IMG/VR virus record: IMGVR_UViG_2645727604_000006
Reading direction: 5' to 3' (one strand)
DNA: 46,540 nucleotides
Origin: a virus
Lineage: Duplodnaviria; Heunggongvirae; Uroviricota; Caudoviricetes
Position numbers and translations under genes: made by a program
Notes under the pieces: generated by a model
What the model saw: the letters and a program-made list of their open reading frames with translations, nothing else
Told to the model about the DNA's origin: nothing
The model's database searches: none
Shown: positions 35,156 to 46,001 of the stretch, piece after piece
Position numbering within the stretch: position 1 is the stretch's first letter
Layout of the letters: each line of letters begins with the position of its first letter

Positions 35156-35899
35156 ATGACCACACCAAATCCACTGGCAAAAACGAAAGGTGCGGGAACG
35201 ACGTTCTGGATGTACACCGGCAAGGGCGATGCGTTTGCGAACCCTTTATCGGACACTGACTGGCTGCGTCTTGCGATGGTGAAGGATCTGCAGCCTGGCG
35301 AAATGACCGCTGATGCAGAAGATGACACTTATCTCGATGATGAAGATGCAGACTGGAAAACGACAACCCAGGGGCAGAAATCCGTCGGTGATACTTCGGC
35401 GACGCTGGCCTGGCGTCCGGGTGACAGCGGGCAGAAAAAACTGGTTCAGTTGTTCGACTCCGGTGAAGTCTGCGCGTTTCGTATCAAATATCCCAACGGT
35501 ACTGTTGATGTTTTCCGTGGCTGGCTGAGTTCACTGGGTAAAACCATTGCCTCAAAAGACGTGATGACCCGCACAGTGAAAATCAGCGGTGTGGGGCGTC
35601 CGTATCTGGCAGAAGAAGGCACTGAAACCGTGGGCGTTACCGGGCTGACGGTGGCACCGGCATCTGCCAGTGTAAAAGTGGGAGCAACCACCACGCTGAC
35701 CTTTACAGTAAAACCTGACGGAGCCAGTGACAAAGCGATCAGTGTGCATTCGACAGATCCACAGACTGCCACGGTGACCCTGAACGGGCTTGTGGCCACG
35801 GTGAAAGGCGTGAAGCAGGGCAGTGTCAGCATTGTGGGCATGACTTCTGACGGCGATTTTGTGGCAGTGGCTACGGTGGCCGTCAGCGCCGCAGGTTAA
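35156..35899 (+). CDS. major tail protein (lambda gpV-like) with a C-terminal Ig-like domain
   Basis: AAGGAGG precedes the ATG at 35156. The C-terminus TVAPASASVKVGATTTLTFTVKPDGASDKAISVHSTDPQTATV looks like a Big_2 Ig-like domain. Confidence 0.8.
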   Translation: MTTPNPLAKTKGAGTTFWMYTGKGDAFANPLSDTDWLRLAMVKDLQPGEMTADAEDDTYLDDEDADWKTTTQGQKSVGDTSATLAWRPGDSGQKKLVQLFDSGEVCAFRIKYPNGTVDVFRGWLSSLGKTIASKDVMTRTVKISGVGRPYLAEEGTETVGVTGLTVAPASASVKVGATTTLTFTVKPDGASDKAISVHSTDPQTATVTLNGLVATVKGVKQGSVSIVGMTSDGDFVAVATVAVSAAG

Positions 35900-35919
35900 C
35901 AGGACGATACTCATCATTT

Positions 35920-35943
35920 GCCCCGATTATCCGGGGCTTTTTT
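35920..35943 (+). terminator. intrinsic terminator after the major tail gene
   Basis: GCCCCG-ATTATC-CGGGGC followed by TTTTTT. Confidence 0.5.
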
Positions 35944-35956
35944 GCAGGTGGAGAAC

Positions 35957-36346
35957 ATGATGTTTCTGAAACAGGGCACGTTTAATTATGAAAAGCAGTC
36001 CGTGGTGCTCAGTGAGCTGTCCGGGCTGCAGAGAATTGAATATCTGGCGTTTGTTCAGCAGCGAACGGCAAAGTTTGATGCCGAAGAGGGAGAACTGCCG
36101 GAGGCTGAACGACAGATTGCTTTTCTGCGGATGGGGATGGATATCAATGCCTGGCTGGTTTCCCGCTCACTGTGGAATGCGGAACAGTCTCAGGATGTTG
36201 AGACGCTTTGCGCATCCGTTATTACAACATGGTCGTATGATGCCCTGGGAGCGGGGGCGGAGATGGTTCTGTCGCTGAGCGGTATGGGAGCCATTGAGAA
36301 TGCCGGGGATTTGGAGCATGAGGTGCTGACGCCGGAAAAGTCCTGA
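35957..36346 (+). CDS. tail assembly chaperone G-like
   Basis: 129 aa, acidic, directly upstream of the T-like -1 frame ORF. Confidence 0.7.
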   Translation: MMFLKQGTFNYEKQSVVLSELSGLQRIEYLAFVQQRTAKFDAEEGELPEAERQIAFLRMGMDINAWLVSRSLWNAEQSQDVETLCASVITTWSYDALGAGAEMVLSLSGMGAIENAGDLEHEVLTPEKS

Positions 36347-36684
36347 CGCGGGAAATGCAGTTTGTCATGCGGCTTGCCCGGGAGTTCCGGCGGGCAGACT
36401 GGCGGCGGATGCTGTCGGAAATGTCGGCCACTGAGCTTGGTGAGTGGGGCGATTATTTCCGGATGCAGAGCTTCAGTGATGTGTGGATGGATGCGCAGTT
36501 TGCCTCGCTGAAGGCATTGATCGTGAGAATGGTGTCCGGCAGCAGTGATGCTGCGGTGGCTGATTTCAGCCTTTTACCGGAAGAGAACGGGATACCGGAG
36601 CGAACGGACGAAGAACTGATGCATCTTGGGGAAGGTATTTCCGGAGGTGTGCGTTATGGACCAGATAGCCAACCTGGTCATTGA
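36322..36684 (+). CDS. tail assembly chaperone T-like segment, expressed by -1 frameshift as a G-T fusion
   Basis: The -1 frame is open from 36322 and overlaps the end of G. Slippery-like GGAAAAG at 36334-36340 (lambda uses GGGAAAG). Encodes DWRRMLSEMSATELGEWGDYF. Confidence 0.6.
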   Translation, partial: GADAGKVLTREMQFVMRLAREFRRADWRRMLSEMSATELGEWGDYFRMQSFSDVWMDAQFASLKALIVRMVSGSSDAAVADFSLLPEENGIPERTDEELMHLGEGISGGVRYGPDSQPGH

Positions 36685-39600
36685 TTTGGGGATTGATGCG
36701 GCAGAGTTTAAAAATGAAATTCCCCGTATCAAAAACCTTCTGAATGGTGCAGCCAGCGATGCAGAACGGTCTTCTGCCCGTATGCAGCGTTTTATGGAGC
36801 GTCAGACTCAGGCCGCCCGGCAGACAATGCAGGCGGCTTCTTCGGCTGCAACAGCCGCATCCGTCCATGCGCAGACGGTGGAGAAGAGCGCACAGGCTCA
36901 TGAACGCATGGCCCGCGAGGTGGAGCAAACCCGCCAGCGTATGGAGGCACTGAGCCAGAAAATGCGCGAGGAACAGGCACAGGCCATGGCTCTGGCGGAG
37001 GCTCAGGATAAAGCGGCTGCCGCGTTTTATCGTCAGATTGACAGTGTGAAACAGGCCAGTGCGGGGTTGCAGGAATTACAGCGTATTCAGCAGCAGATCC
37101 GACAGGCCAGAAACAGTGGCGGGATTGGTCAGCAGGATTATCTGGCGCTGATTTCTGAGGTTACGGCGAAAACCCGTGTTCTTACGCAGGCTGAGGCAGA
37201 GGCTACCCGACAGAAAGTGGCGTTTATCCGTCAGCTTAAAGAGCAGGCAACCCGCCAGAATCTTTCTTCTTCTGAGTTGCTTCGTGCCAGGGCTGCCCAG
37301 CTGGGGGTAAGCAGTGCTGCAGAAGTGTATATCCGCAAAATGGAGCGGGCAGGAAAAGCCACGCATTCGCTGGGTCTGAAAAGTGCAGCGGCCCGCCAGG
37401 AGATAGGCGTTCTGATAGGTGAACTGGCCCGCGGCAATTTAGGGGCGCTGAGGGGATCCGGGATAACGCTGGCTAACCGTGCCGGATGGATAGACACACT
37501 GATGTCACCGAAAGGCATGATGCTGGGCGGGGTTATTGGCGGTATTACCGCGGCCGTCTATGGTCTGGGTAAAGCCTGGTATGACGGTCAGAAGGAGGGG
37601 GAAGAATTTAACCGCCAGCTGTCGCTGACGGGGCATTATGCCGGAGTCACTGCCGGGCAGCTGTGGACGCTCAGTCGTGCTATTTCCGGGAATGGTATCA
37701 CGCAACATGCTGCAGCCGGTGCGCTGGCTCAGGTGGTGGGGAGTGGTGCATTTCGTGGAAACGATATCGGTATGGTGGCGAGAGCTGCCGCACAGATGGA
37801 GCGATCGGTTGGCCAGTCGATCAGCGATACCATAAATCAGTTTAAGCGGCTGAAGGATGATCCTGTAAATGCCGCGAAGGCTCTGGACAATGAGCTGCAT
37901 TTTCTTACTGCCACTCAGCTTGAGCAGATACGCATCCTTGGAGAGCAGGGGCGGTCCAGTGATGCGGCACGGATAGCCATGTCTGCACTGGCAGAGGAAA
38001 CCGGTCGGCGTACTGCGGATATTGATAATAACCTCAATGCGCTGGGTAGTACGCTGCAAACCTTGTCTGACTGGTGGAAGCAGTTCTGGGATGCGGCCAT
38101 GAATATTGGTCGTGAAGATTCGCTGGATGCGCAGATTGCCACTTTGCAGGAGAAAGTATCGCGGGCGAAAAGACTCCCCTGGACGGCATCATCTTCTCAG
38201 GTTGAATACGATCAGCAGCGTCTTAACGAGCTTCAGGAGAAAAAACGCCAGAAGGATTTGCAGGATGCAAAAGAGCAGGCAGAGCGGAATTATCAGGAGC
38301 AACAGAAACGACGTAATGCTGAAAATGCTGCACTGAACCGGATGAATGAAACGGAAGCAGCACGACATCAGCGTGAAATTGCGCGTATTAATGCCATGCA
38401 GTACGCCGACCAGGCTGTCAGGGATGCGGCGATACAACGTGAAAATGAACGTTACGAGAAAGCCCTGGCATCCGGTAAGAAAAAAACACGCGAAACCCGT
38501 AATGATGAGGCCACCCGGTTATTGCTGCAGTACAGTCAGCAACAGGCACAGGTGGAAGGACAGATTGCTGCTGCAAGACAGTCAGCAGGCATTGCCACTG
38601 AAAAGATGACAGAAGCGCATAAACAGCTTCTGGCTCTGCAGCAGCGCATCAGCGACCTGGACGGGAAAAAACTGACGGCAGATGAAAAGAGTGTGCTGGC
38701 CCGTAAAGATGAACTGATTCAGGCACTGACGCTGCTGGATGTAAAACAGCAGGAGCTTCAGAAACAGACGGCACTCAACGATCTGAAGAAAAAAACAATT
38801 CAGCTGACCAGTCAACTGGCTGAAGAAGAGCGCGCTCAGCGTCAGCAACATGACCTGGATATCGCCACGGTGGGTATGGGTGATCAGCAGCGGCAGCGAT
38901 ATCAGGTACAACTGAGCCTTCGCCAGAAATACCAGCAACAGCTGGAGCAGTTGAGGCGGGATAGTGAGCAGAAAGGGACATATAACACGGATGACTACAG
39001 AAAGGCCGAGCAGGCGCTGACGGAGAGCCTGAACAGGCAACTGAATGAGAATCGCCGTTACTGGCAACAGCTTGAAATTGCTCAGGGTAACTGGAAAAAC
39101 GGTGCCATGCGGGCGTTTCAGAATTTCACGGCAGATGCGGATAATGCGGCAGGCACTGCGGAGCAGATGCTTACAGCGGCATTTAATAGTGCAGGTAATG
39201 CACTGGCTACATTCTGTACCACCGGAAAACTGAACTTCAAATCTTTTACCGCCTCGCTCCTTTCTGATCTGGCAAAAATCATGGCTCAGATGTCCATGAT
39301 GCAGGCAGTTAAGGGGATTGGTTCGGCGTTTGGCTGGGGGAGTGCAGCAACTGCCAGTGTGACGCCCAATGCTGATGGTGGTGTTTATCAGTCTGCTGAT
39401 TTGAGTCGCTACAGTGGCACGGTGGTTAACCGTCCGACGTTTTTTGCTTTTGCAAAAGGTGCAGGTGTGATGGGGGAAGCTGGGCCTGAAGCCATTCTGC
39501 CTCTGCGTCGTGGTGCTGACGGTAAGCTGGGGGTTGTGGCGGATATTGGTGGTTCAGGTATGGCGATGTTTGCCCCGCAGTACAACATCGAGATCAATAA

Positions 39601-39730
39601 CGATGGCACGAACGGGCAGATAGGTCCGGCTGCCCTGAAGGTGGTTTATGACCTCGGGAAAAAAGCAGCAGCGGACTTTATGCAACAGCAGTCCCGTGAT
39701 GGTGGTCTGTTCTCCGGAGGTGGACGATGA
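36656..39730 (+). CDS. tail tape measure protein (lambda gpH-like)
   Basis: 1024 aa; long Q/A/E/R-rich coiled-coil core; C-terminal glycine-rich region. GGAGGTG precedes the ATG at 36656. Confidence 0.85.
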   Translation: MDQIANLVIDLGIDAAEFKNEIPRIKNLLNGAASDAERSSARMQRFMERQTQAARQTMQAASSAATAASVHAQTVEKSAQAHERMAREVEQTRQRMEALSQKMREEQAQAMALAEAQDKAAAAFYRQIDSVKQASAGLQELQRIQQQIRQARNSGGIGQQDYLALISEVTAKTRVLTQAEAEATRQKVAFIRQLKEQATRQNLSSSELLRARAAQLGVSSAAEVYIRKMERAGKATHSLGLKSAAARQEIGVLIGELARGNLGALRGSGITLANRAGWIDTLMSPKGMMLGGVIGGITAAVYGLGKAWYDGQKEGEEFNRQLSLTGHYAGVTAGQLWTLSRAISGNGITQHAAAGALAQVVGSGAFRGNDIGMVARAAAQMERSVGQSISDTINQFKRLKDDPVNAAKALDNELHFLTATQLEQIRILGEQGRSSDAARIAMSALAEETGRRTADIDNNLNALGSTLQTLSDWWKQFWDAAMNIGREDSLDAQIATLQEKVSRAKRLPWTASSSQVEYDQQRLNELQEKKRQKDLQDAKEQAERNYQEQQKRRNAENAALNRMNETEAARHQREIARINAMQYADQAVRDAAIQRENERYEKALASGKKKTRETRNDEATRLLLQYSQQQAQVEGQIAAARQSAGIATEKMTEAHKQLLALQQRISDLDGKKLTADEKSVLARKDELIQALTLLDVKQQELQKQTALNDLKKKTIQLTSQLAEEERAQRQQHDLDIATVGMGDQQRQRYQVQLSLRQKYQQQLEQLRRDSEQKGTYNTDDYRKAEQALTESLNRQLNENRRYWQQLEIAQGNWKNGAMRAFQNFTADADNAAGTAEQMLTAAFNSAGNALATFCTTGKLNFKSFTASLLSDLAKIMAQMSMMQAVKGIGSAFGWGSAATASVTPNADGGVYQSADLSRYSGTVVNRPTFFAFAKGAGVMGEAGPEAILPLRRGADGKLGVVADIGGSGMAMFAPQYNIEINNDGTNGQIGPAALKVVYDLGKKAAADFMQQQSRDGGLFSGGGR

Positions 39731-40056
39731 AAACCTTCCGCTGGAAAGTGAAACCCGGTATGGATGTGGCTTCGGCCCCTTCCGTAATAAAGGTGCGCTT
39801 TGGTGATGGCTATTCTCAGCGTGCGCCTGCCGGGCTGAACGCTGACCTGAAAACGTACAGCGTGACGCTTTCTGTTCCCCGCGAGGAGGCCACGGCACTG
39901 GAATCGTTTCTGGCTGAGCACGGGGGCTGGAAGGCCTTTCTGTGGACGCCGCCTTATGGCTACCGGCAGATAAAGGTGACCTGCGCAAAATGGTCGTCGC
40001 GGGTCAGTGTGTTGCGTGTTGAGTTCAGCGCAGAGTTTAAACAGGTGGTGAACTGA
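39727..40056 (+). CDS. minor tail protein M-like
   Basis: 109 aa whose ATG overlaps the H stop, in the lambda M position. Confidence 0.8.
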   Translation: MKTFRWKVKPGMDVASAPSVIKVRFGDGYSQRAPAGLNADLKTYSVTLSVPREEATALESFLAEHGGWKAFLWTPPYGYRQIKVTCAKWSSRVSVLRVEFSAEFKQVVN

Positions 40057-40754
40057 TGCAGGATATCCGGCAGGAAACACTGAATGAATGCACCCGTGCG
40101 GAGCAGTCGGCCAGCGTGGTGCTCTGGGAAATCGATCTGACAGAGGTCGGTGGTGAACGTTATTTTTTCTGTAATGAGCAGAACGAAAAAGGTGAGCCGG
40201 TCACCTGGCAGGGGCGGCAGTATCAGGCCTATCCCATTCAGGGAAGTGGATTTGAGATGAACGGCAAAGGAGCCAGTGCAAGGCCAACGCTGAAAGTCTC
40301 TAATCTGCACGGCATGGTCACCGGGATGGTGGAAGACCTGCAGAGTCTGGTCGGAGGAACGGTGGTCAGGCGTAAGGTTTACGCCCGTTTTCTGGATGCG
40401 GTGAACTTCGTCAACGGAAATAGCGATGCCGATCCGGAGCAGGAGGTGATCAGCCGCTGGCGCATCGAGCAGTGCAGCGAACTGAGCGCGGTGAGCGCCT
40501 CTTTTGTACTGTCCACGCCGACGGAAACGGATGGCGCTGTTTTTCCGGGGCGCATCATGCTGGCCAACACCTGTACCTGGACCTATCGCGGTGATGAGTG
40601 CGGTTATAGCGGTCCGGCTGTCGCGGATGAATATGACCAGCCGACGTCCGATATCACGAAAGATAAATGCAGTAAATGCCTGAGTGGCTGTAAGTTTCGC
40701 AATAATGTCGGCAACTTTGGCGGCTTCCTTTCCATTAACAAACTTTCGCAGTAA
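40056..40754 (+). CDS. minor tail protein L-like
   Basis: 232 aa with a C-terminal Cys cluster CSKCLSGC as in lambda L. Confidence 0.8.
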   Translation: MQDIRQETLNECTRAEQSASVVLWEIDLTEVGGERYFFCNEQNEKGEPVTWQGRQYQAYPIQGSGFEMNGKGASARPTLKVSNLHGMVTGMVEDLQSLVGGTVVRRKVYARFLDAVNFVNGNSDADPEQEVISRWRIEQCSELSAVSASFVLSTPTETDGAVFPGRIMLANTCTWTYRGDECGYSGPAVADEYDQPTSDITKDKCSKCLSGCKFRNNVGNFGGFLSINKLSQ

Positions 40755-40758
40755 TCCC

Positions 40759-41502
40759 ATGACAGAGACAGAATCAGCGATTCTGGCGCACGCCCGGCGA
40801 TGTGCGCCAGCGGAGTCGTGCGGCTTCGTGGTGAGAACGCCGGAGGGGGAAAGATATTTTCCCTGCGTGAATATCTCCGGTGAGCCGGAGGAGTATTTCC
40901 GGATGTCGCCGGAGGACTGGCTGCAGGCAGAAATGCAGGGTGAGATTGTGGCGCTGGTCCACAGTCACCCCGGTGGTCTGCCCTGGCTGAGTGAGGCCGA
41001 TCGGCGGCTGCAGGTGCAGAGTGATTTGCCGTGGTGGCTGGTCTGCCGGGGGGCGATTTACAAGTTCCGCTGTGTGCCACATCTTACCGGGCGGCGCTTT
41101 GAGCACGGGGTGACGGACTGTTACACGCTGTTCCGGGATGCTTACCATCTGGCGGGGATTGAGATGCCGGATTTTCATCGCGAGGATGACTGGTGGCGTA
41201 ACGGTCAGAATCTCTATCTGGATAATCTGGAGGCCACAGGGCTGTATCAGGTGCCGTTGTCAGCGGCGCAGCCGGGCGATGTGCTGCTGTGCTGTTTTGG
41301 TTCATCGGTGCCGAATCATGCCGCCATTTACTGTGGTGACGGCGAGCTGCTGCACCATATTCCTGAACAACTGAGCAAACGAGAGAGGTATACCGACAAA
41401 TGGCAGCGACGCACACACTCCCTCTGGCGTCACCGGGCATGGCACGCATCTGCCTTTACGGGGATTTACAACGATTTGGTCGCCGCATCGACCTTCGTGT
41501 GA
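40759..41502 (+). CDS. tail assembly protein K-like (JAB/MPN plus NlpC/P60 domains)
   Basis: MTETESAILAHARRCAPAESCGFVV...HSHPGG is a JAMM-like motif; lambda K position. Confidence 0.8.
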   Translation: MTETESAILAHARRCAPAESCGFVVRTPEGERYFPCVNISGEPEEYFRMSPEDWLQAEMQGEIVALVHSHPGGLPWLSEADRRLQVQSDLPWWLVCRGAIYKFRCVPHLTGRRFEHGVTDCYTLFRDAYHLAGIEMPDFHREDDWWRNGQNLYLDNLEATGLYQVPLSAAQPGDVLLCCFGSSVPNHAAIYCGDGELLHHIPEQLSKRERYTDKWQRRTHSLWRHRAWHASAFTGIYNDLVAASTFV

Positions 41503-42041
41503 AAACGGGGGCTGAAGCCATCCGGGCGCTGGCCACGCAGCTTCCGGCGTTTCGCCAGAAACTGAATGAGGGCTGGTATCAGGTGCGCATTTCCGGGCGT
41601 GATGCAGGCGAAAACGAATTATCTGCCCGTCTTAATGAGCCGCTGGCAAATGGTGCCGTGATCCACATCGTACCGCGTCTGGCGGGTGCCAAAAGTGGCG
41701 GTATTTTTCAGGCAGTGCTGGGTGCGGCGCTAATTGCTACGGCAATCTGGATGCCGGGGCTTAGTATTGTTGCAAGTAATCTCATGTTCTCTCTTGGGGC
41801 AGGTATGGTTTTAGGCGGTGTTGCGCAGATGCTGGCACCGAAAGCCAAAACGCCTAAAGTGTCAGCCACTGATAACGGTAAGCAAAATACCTATTTTTCC
41901 TCATTGGATAACATGGTTGCCCAGGGCAATGTCCTGCCTGTTCTGTACGGTGAAATGCGCGTGGGGTCACGTGTGGCATCTCAGGAGATCAGCACGGCAG
42001 ATGAAGGGGATGGTGGTCAGGTTGTGGTAATTGGGCGGTAA
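41400..42041 (+). CDS. tail assembly protein I-like
   Basis: Contains ARICLYGDLQRFGRRIDL and a hydrophobic C-terminal half. Alternative start at ATG 41439; overlaps the 3' end of K. Confidence 0.75.
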   Translation: MAATHTLPLASPGMARICLYGDLQRFGRRIDLRVKTGAEAIRALATQLPAFRQKLNEGWYQVRISGRDAGENELSARLNEPLANGAVIHIVPRLAGAKSGGIFQAVLGAALIATAIWMPGLSIVASNLMFSLGAGMVLGGVAQMLAPKAKTPKVSATDNGKQNTYFSSLDNMVAQGNVLPVLYGEMRVGSRVASQEISTADEGDGGQVVVIGR

Positions 42042-42113
42042 TATTATTTACTCATGTTCTAACTGATTTAATATTTATATCGAACACTGATAATTATTCT
42101 GTTGGTTAGCTAT

Positions 42114-42452
42114 ATGAACAAAACGATTTTATTCTGCACGATTATTGCCTTAACAGGATGTAAATCTTTGGATTACGTAAAATCCGGCAAGCCTGTAATG
42201 GAAGGTAATTCATTAAAAAATATTGATGAATTGTCAGGCTGCATATCCAGACAATGGGCTGGTAATGGAACACCTATAACATCCCTTCCTATTGAGAATG
42301 GGGTAAGCCTTTTAGTTCCACAGGCTATGGGTGGGTATGATGTTGTGCTTGATATCAAAAAAGCAGGAAATGGCAGTAGTTTTACTCTTTATGAACGCGT
42401 ACCAGCATTAACGCCAAAAATTTTTGCTGATAGTGTTAATGCATGTAAATAA
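42114..42452 (+). CDS. lipoprotein of unknown function (moron between tail genes I and J)
   Basis: MNKTILFCTIIALTGCKS is a signal peptide with lipobox. Markedly AT-rich gene and flanks. Own terminator downstream. Confidence 0.55.
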   Translation: MNKTILFCTIIALTGCKSLDYVKSGKPVMEGNSLKNIDELSGCISRQWAGNGTPITSLPIENGVSLLVPQAMGGYDVVLDIKKAGNGSSFTLYERVPALTPKIFADSVNACK

Positions 42453-42476
42453 TAGTTAATCCTGCCGTAACTCATG

Positions 42477-42504
42477 AGCCGCCTTTTGGGCGGCTTTGTT
42501 GTTT
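42477..42504 (+). terminator. intrinsic terminator after the lipoprotein moron
   Basis: AGCCGCC-TTTTG-GGCGGCT followed by TTGTTGTTT. Confidence 0.45.
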
Positions 42505-42518
42505 ATGGAGTGTGAGGA

Positions 42519-45500
42519 ATGGGTAAAGGTAGCAGTAAGGGGCATACCCCGCGCGAAGCGAAGGACAACCTGAAGTCCACGCAGCTGCTGAGTGTGATCG
42601 ATGCCATCAGCGAAGGGCCGGTTGAAGGTCCGGTGGATGGATTAAAAAGCGTGCTGCTGAACAGTACGCCGGTGCTGGACAGTGAGGGGAATACCAATAT
42701 CTCCGGCGTCACGGTGGTGTTCCGGGCAGGTGAGCAGGAGCAGACACCGCCTGAGGGCTTTGAATCCTCCGGCTCCGAGACGGTGCTGGGTACGGAAGTG
42801 AAATATGACACGCCGATCACCCGGACCATCACGTCGGCAAACATTGACCGTCTGCGTTTTACTTTCGGCGTGCAGGCACTGGTGGAAACCACCTCAAAGG
42901 GTGACCGGAATCCGTCGGAAGTCCGCCTGCTGGTTCAGATACAACGTAACGGTGGCTGGGTGACGGAAAAAGACATCACCATTAAGGGCAAAACCACGTC
43001 GCAGTATCTGGCCTCGGTGGTGGTGGATAACCTGCCGCCGCGCCCGTTCAATATCCGGATGCGCAGGATGACGCCGGACAGCACCACAGACCAGCTGCAG
43101 AACAAAACGCTCTGGTCGTCATACACCGAAATCATCGATGTGAAACAGTGCTACCCGAACACGGCACTGGTCGGCGTGCAGGTGGACTCGGAGCAGTTCG
43201 GCAGCCAGCAGGTGAGCCGTAATTATCATCTTCGCGGGCGCATTCTGCAGGTGCCGTCGAACTATAACCCGCAGACGCGGCAATACAGCGGTATCTGGGA
43301 CGGAACGTTAAAACCGGCATACAGCAACAACCCGGCCTGGTGTCTGTGGGATATGCTGACCCATCCGCGCTACGGCATGGGGAAACGTCTTGGTGCGGCG
43401 GATGTGGATAAATGGGCGCTGTATGTCATCGGCCAGTACTGCGACCAGTCGGTGCCGGACGGCTTTGGCGGCACGGAGCCGCGCATCACCTGTAATGCCT
43501 GGCTGACCACGCAGCGCAAGGCGTGGGATGTGCTCAGTGATTTCTGCTCGGCGATGCGCTGTATGCCGGTATGGAACGGGCAGACGCTGACGTTCGTGCA
43601 GGACCGACCATCAGATAAGGTGTGGACCTATAACCGCAGTAATGTGGTGATGCCGGATGATGGCGCGCCGTTCCGCTACAGCTTCAGCGCCCTGAAGGAC
43701 CGCCATAATGCCGTTGAGGTGAACTGGATTGACCCGGACAATGGCTGGGAGACGGCAACAGAGCTTGTGGAGGACACGCAGGCCATTGCCCGTTACGGTC
43801 GTAACGTCACGAAGATGGATGCCTTTGGCTGTACCAGCCGGGGGCAGGCACACCGCGCCGGGCTGTGGCTGATTAAAACAGAACTGCTGGAAACGCAGAC
43901 CGTGGACTTCAGCGTGGGCGCAGAAGGGCTTCGCCATGTGCCGGGCGATGTCATTGAAATCTGTGATGATGACTATGCCGGTATCAGCATCGGCGGGCGC
44001 GTGCTGGCGGTAAACAGCCAGACCCGGACGCTGACGCTCGACCGTGAAATCACGCTGCCATCCTCCGGTACCACGCTGATAAGCCTGGTTGACGGAAGTG
44101 GCAATCCGGTCAGCGTGGAGGTTCAGTCCGTCACCGACGGCGTGAAGGTGAAAGTGAGCCGTGTTCCTGACGGCGTTGCTGAATACAGCGTATGGGGGCT
44201 GAAGCTGCCGACGTTGCGCCAGCGCCTGTTCCGCTGCGTGAGTATCCGTGAGAACGACGACGGCACGTATGCCATCACCGCCGTGCAGCATGTGCCGGAA
44301 AAAGAGGCCATCGTGGATAACGGGGCGCACTTTGACGGCGACCTGAGCGGCACGGTGAATGGTGTCACGCCGCCAGCGGTGCAGCACCTGATCGCAGAAG
44401 TCACTGCAGACAGCGGGGAATATCAGGTGCTGGCGCGATGGGACACGCCGAAGGTGGTGAAGGGTGTGAGCTTTATGCTTCGCCTGACTGTGGCAGCAGA
44501 CGACGGCAGTGAGCGGCTGGTCAGCACGGCCCGGACGACGGAAACCACATACCGCTTCACGCAACTGGCCCTGGGAAACTACAGGCTGACAGTCCGGGCG
44601 GCAAATGCCTGGGGGCAGCAGGGCGATCCGGCATCGGTATCGTTCCGGATTGCCGCACCGGCAGCACCGTCGCGGATTGAGCTGACGCCGGGCTATTTTC
44701 AGATAACCGCAACGCCGCATCTTGCCGTTTATGATCCGACGGTACAGTTTGAGTTCTGGTTCTCGGAAAAGCGGATTGCGGATATCAGGCAGGTTGAAAC
44801 CACAGCCCGCTATCTTGGCACGGCGCTGTACTGGATAGCCGCCAGTATCAATATCAAACCGGGCCATGATTATTATTTTTATATCCGTAGTGTGAACACT
44901 GTTGGCAAATCGGCATTTGTGGAGGCTGTCGGTCGGGCGAGCGATGATGCGGAAGGTTACCTGGATTTTTTCAAAGGCCAGATAACCGAATCCCATCTCG
45001 GCAAGGAGCTGCTGGAAAAAGTCGAGCTGACGGAGGATAACGCCAGCAGACTGGAGGAGTTTTCGAAAGAGTGGAAGGACGCCAACGATAAGTGGAATGC
45101 CATGTGGGCTGTCAAAATTGAGCAGACCAAAGACGGCAAACATTATGTCGCGGGTATTGGCCTCAGCATGGAGGACACGGAGGAAGGCAAACTGAGTCAG
45201 TTTCTGGTTGCCGCTAACCGTATCGCATTTATTGACCCGGCAAACGGGAATGAAACGCCGATGTTTGTGGCGCAGGGCAATCAGATATTTATGAACGACG
45301 TGTTCCTGAAGCGCCTGACGGCCCCGACCATTACCAGTGGTGGAAATCCACCGGCATTTTCCCTGACATCAGACGGAAAGCTGACCGCTAAAAATGCGGA
45401 TATCAGTGGCAGAGTGAATGCGAACGCCGGGACGCTCAACAATGTCACGGTAAATGAAAACTGTACGATTAAGGGCATGCTGGAGGCGACTCAGGTCAGA

Positions 45501-45932
45501 GGTGACTTCGTTAAAGCTGTATCCAAATCATTTCCGAAACAGGCTGGTACGTGGGGTAACACGGAAACACCAAACGGGACGGTTACAGTCACCATCAGCG
45601 ATGATCATAACTTTGACCGTCAAATCATTATTCCGCCCATTATCTTTAACGGAATAGCGTATAGCTATCCGGGAAGTGGTAATAACCCGGGAGGTACAAG
45701 ATACACGGGTTATGGTTTTGAAGTTCGCAAAAACGGTGTATTAATCGCATCCAGAGAAACTAAAGGGGCCATTCCCGGTAGCTACAGTGCGGTTATTGAT
45801 ATGCCGAGTGGCAGGGGAAGCGTCACTCTGGAGTTTAAGGTTTTCCATAAAGGCAATCAGTGGGCAGGTAATATCACCGACTGTACGGTGATTGTGACCA
45901 AAAAAGCCGCTTCCGGCATCAGTATTCGTTGA
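42519..45932 (+). CDS. host specificity / central tail fibre protein J-like
   Basis: 1137 aa after the K and I genes; lambda J-like organisation including fibronectin-like repeats. Confidence 0.9.
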   Translation: MGKGSSKGHTPREAKDNLKSTQLLSVIDAISEGPVEGPVDGLKSVLLNSTPVLDSEGNTNISGVTVVFRAGEQEQTPPEGFESSGSETVLGTEVKYDTPITRTITSANIDRLRFTFGVQALVETTSKGDRNPSEVRLLVQIQRNGGWVTEKDITIKGKTTSQYLASVVVDNLPPRPFNIRMRRMTPDSTTDQLQNKTLWSSYTEIIDVKQCYPNTALVGVQVDSEQFGSQQVSRNYHLRGRILQVPSNYNPQTRQYSGIWDGTLKPAYSNNPAWCLWDMLTHPRYGMGKRLGAADVDKWALYVIGQYCDQSVPDGFGGTEPRITCNAWLTTQRKAWDVLSDFCSAMRCMPVWNGQTLTFVQDRPSDKVWTYNRSNVVMPDDGAPFRYSFSALKDRHNAVEVNWIDPDNGWETATELVEDTQAIARYGRNVTKMDAFGCTSRGQAHRAGLWLIKTELLETQTVDFSVGAEGLRHVPGDVIEICDDDYAGISIGGRVLAVNSQTRTLTLDREITLPSSGTTLISLVDGSGNPVSVEVQSVTDGVKVKVSRVPDGVAEYSVWGLKLPTLRQRLFRCVSIRENDDGTYAITAVQHVPEKEAIVDNGAHFDGDLSGTVNGVTPPAVQHLIAEVTADSGEYQVLARWDTPKVVKGVSFMLRLTVAADDGSERLVSTARTTETTYRFTQLALGNYRLTVRAANAWGQQGDPASVSFRIAAPAAPSRIELTPGYFQITATPHLAVYDPTVQFEFWFSEKRIADIRQVETTARYLGTALYWIAASINIKPGHDYYFYIRSVNTVGKSAFVEAVGRASDDAEGYLDFFKGQITESHLGKELLEKVELTEDNASRLEEFSKEWKDANDKWNAMWAVKIEQTKDGKHYVAGIGLSMEDTEEGKLSQFLVAANRIAFIDPANGNETPMFVAQGNQIFMNDVFLKRLTAPTITSGGNPPAFSLTSDGKLTAKNADISGRVNANAGTLNNVTVNENCTIKGMLEATQVRGDFVKAVSKSFPKQAGTWGNTETPNGTVTVTISDDHNFDRQIIIPPIIFNGIAYSYPGSGNNPGGTRYTGYGFEVRKNGVLIASRETKGAIPGSYSAVIDMPSGRGSVTLEFKVFHKGNQWAGNITDCTVIVTKKAASGISIR

Positions 45933-45953
45933 AATTGTTATAACCCATATAAG

Positions 45954-45977
45954 GGCACCAAAAATGGTGCCTTTTTT
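45954..45977 (+). terminator. intrinsic terminator after J
   Basis: GGCACC-AAAAAT-GGTGCC followed by TTTTTT. Confidence 0.5.
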
Positions 45978-46001
45978 ATTGCAGAAAAGCGAGAGGTAAT
46001 T

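Noticed and set aside
37505-39067. Minus-strand ORFs (184 aa and 161 aa) inside the lambdoid tape measure gene
   Set aside because: Antisense to a strongly supported gene. The repetitive Q/L-rich translation reflects the complement of the coiled-coil coding repeats.
36700-39400. Repetitive sequence in the tape measure genes as possible CRISPR or tandem-repeat array
   Set aside because: The repeats are imperfect, in-frame and code for coiled-coil heptads. There is no repeat-spacer regularity and no cas genes.
43611-45143. 510-aa minus-strand ORF inside the J gene
   Set aside because: Entirely antisense to the well-supported J coding sequence, with biased Arg/Cys/His composition; a shadow ORF.
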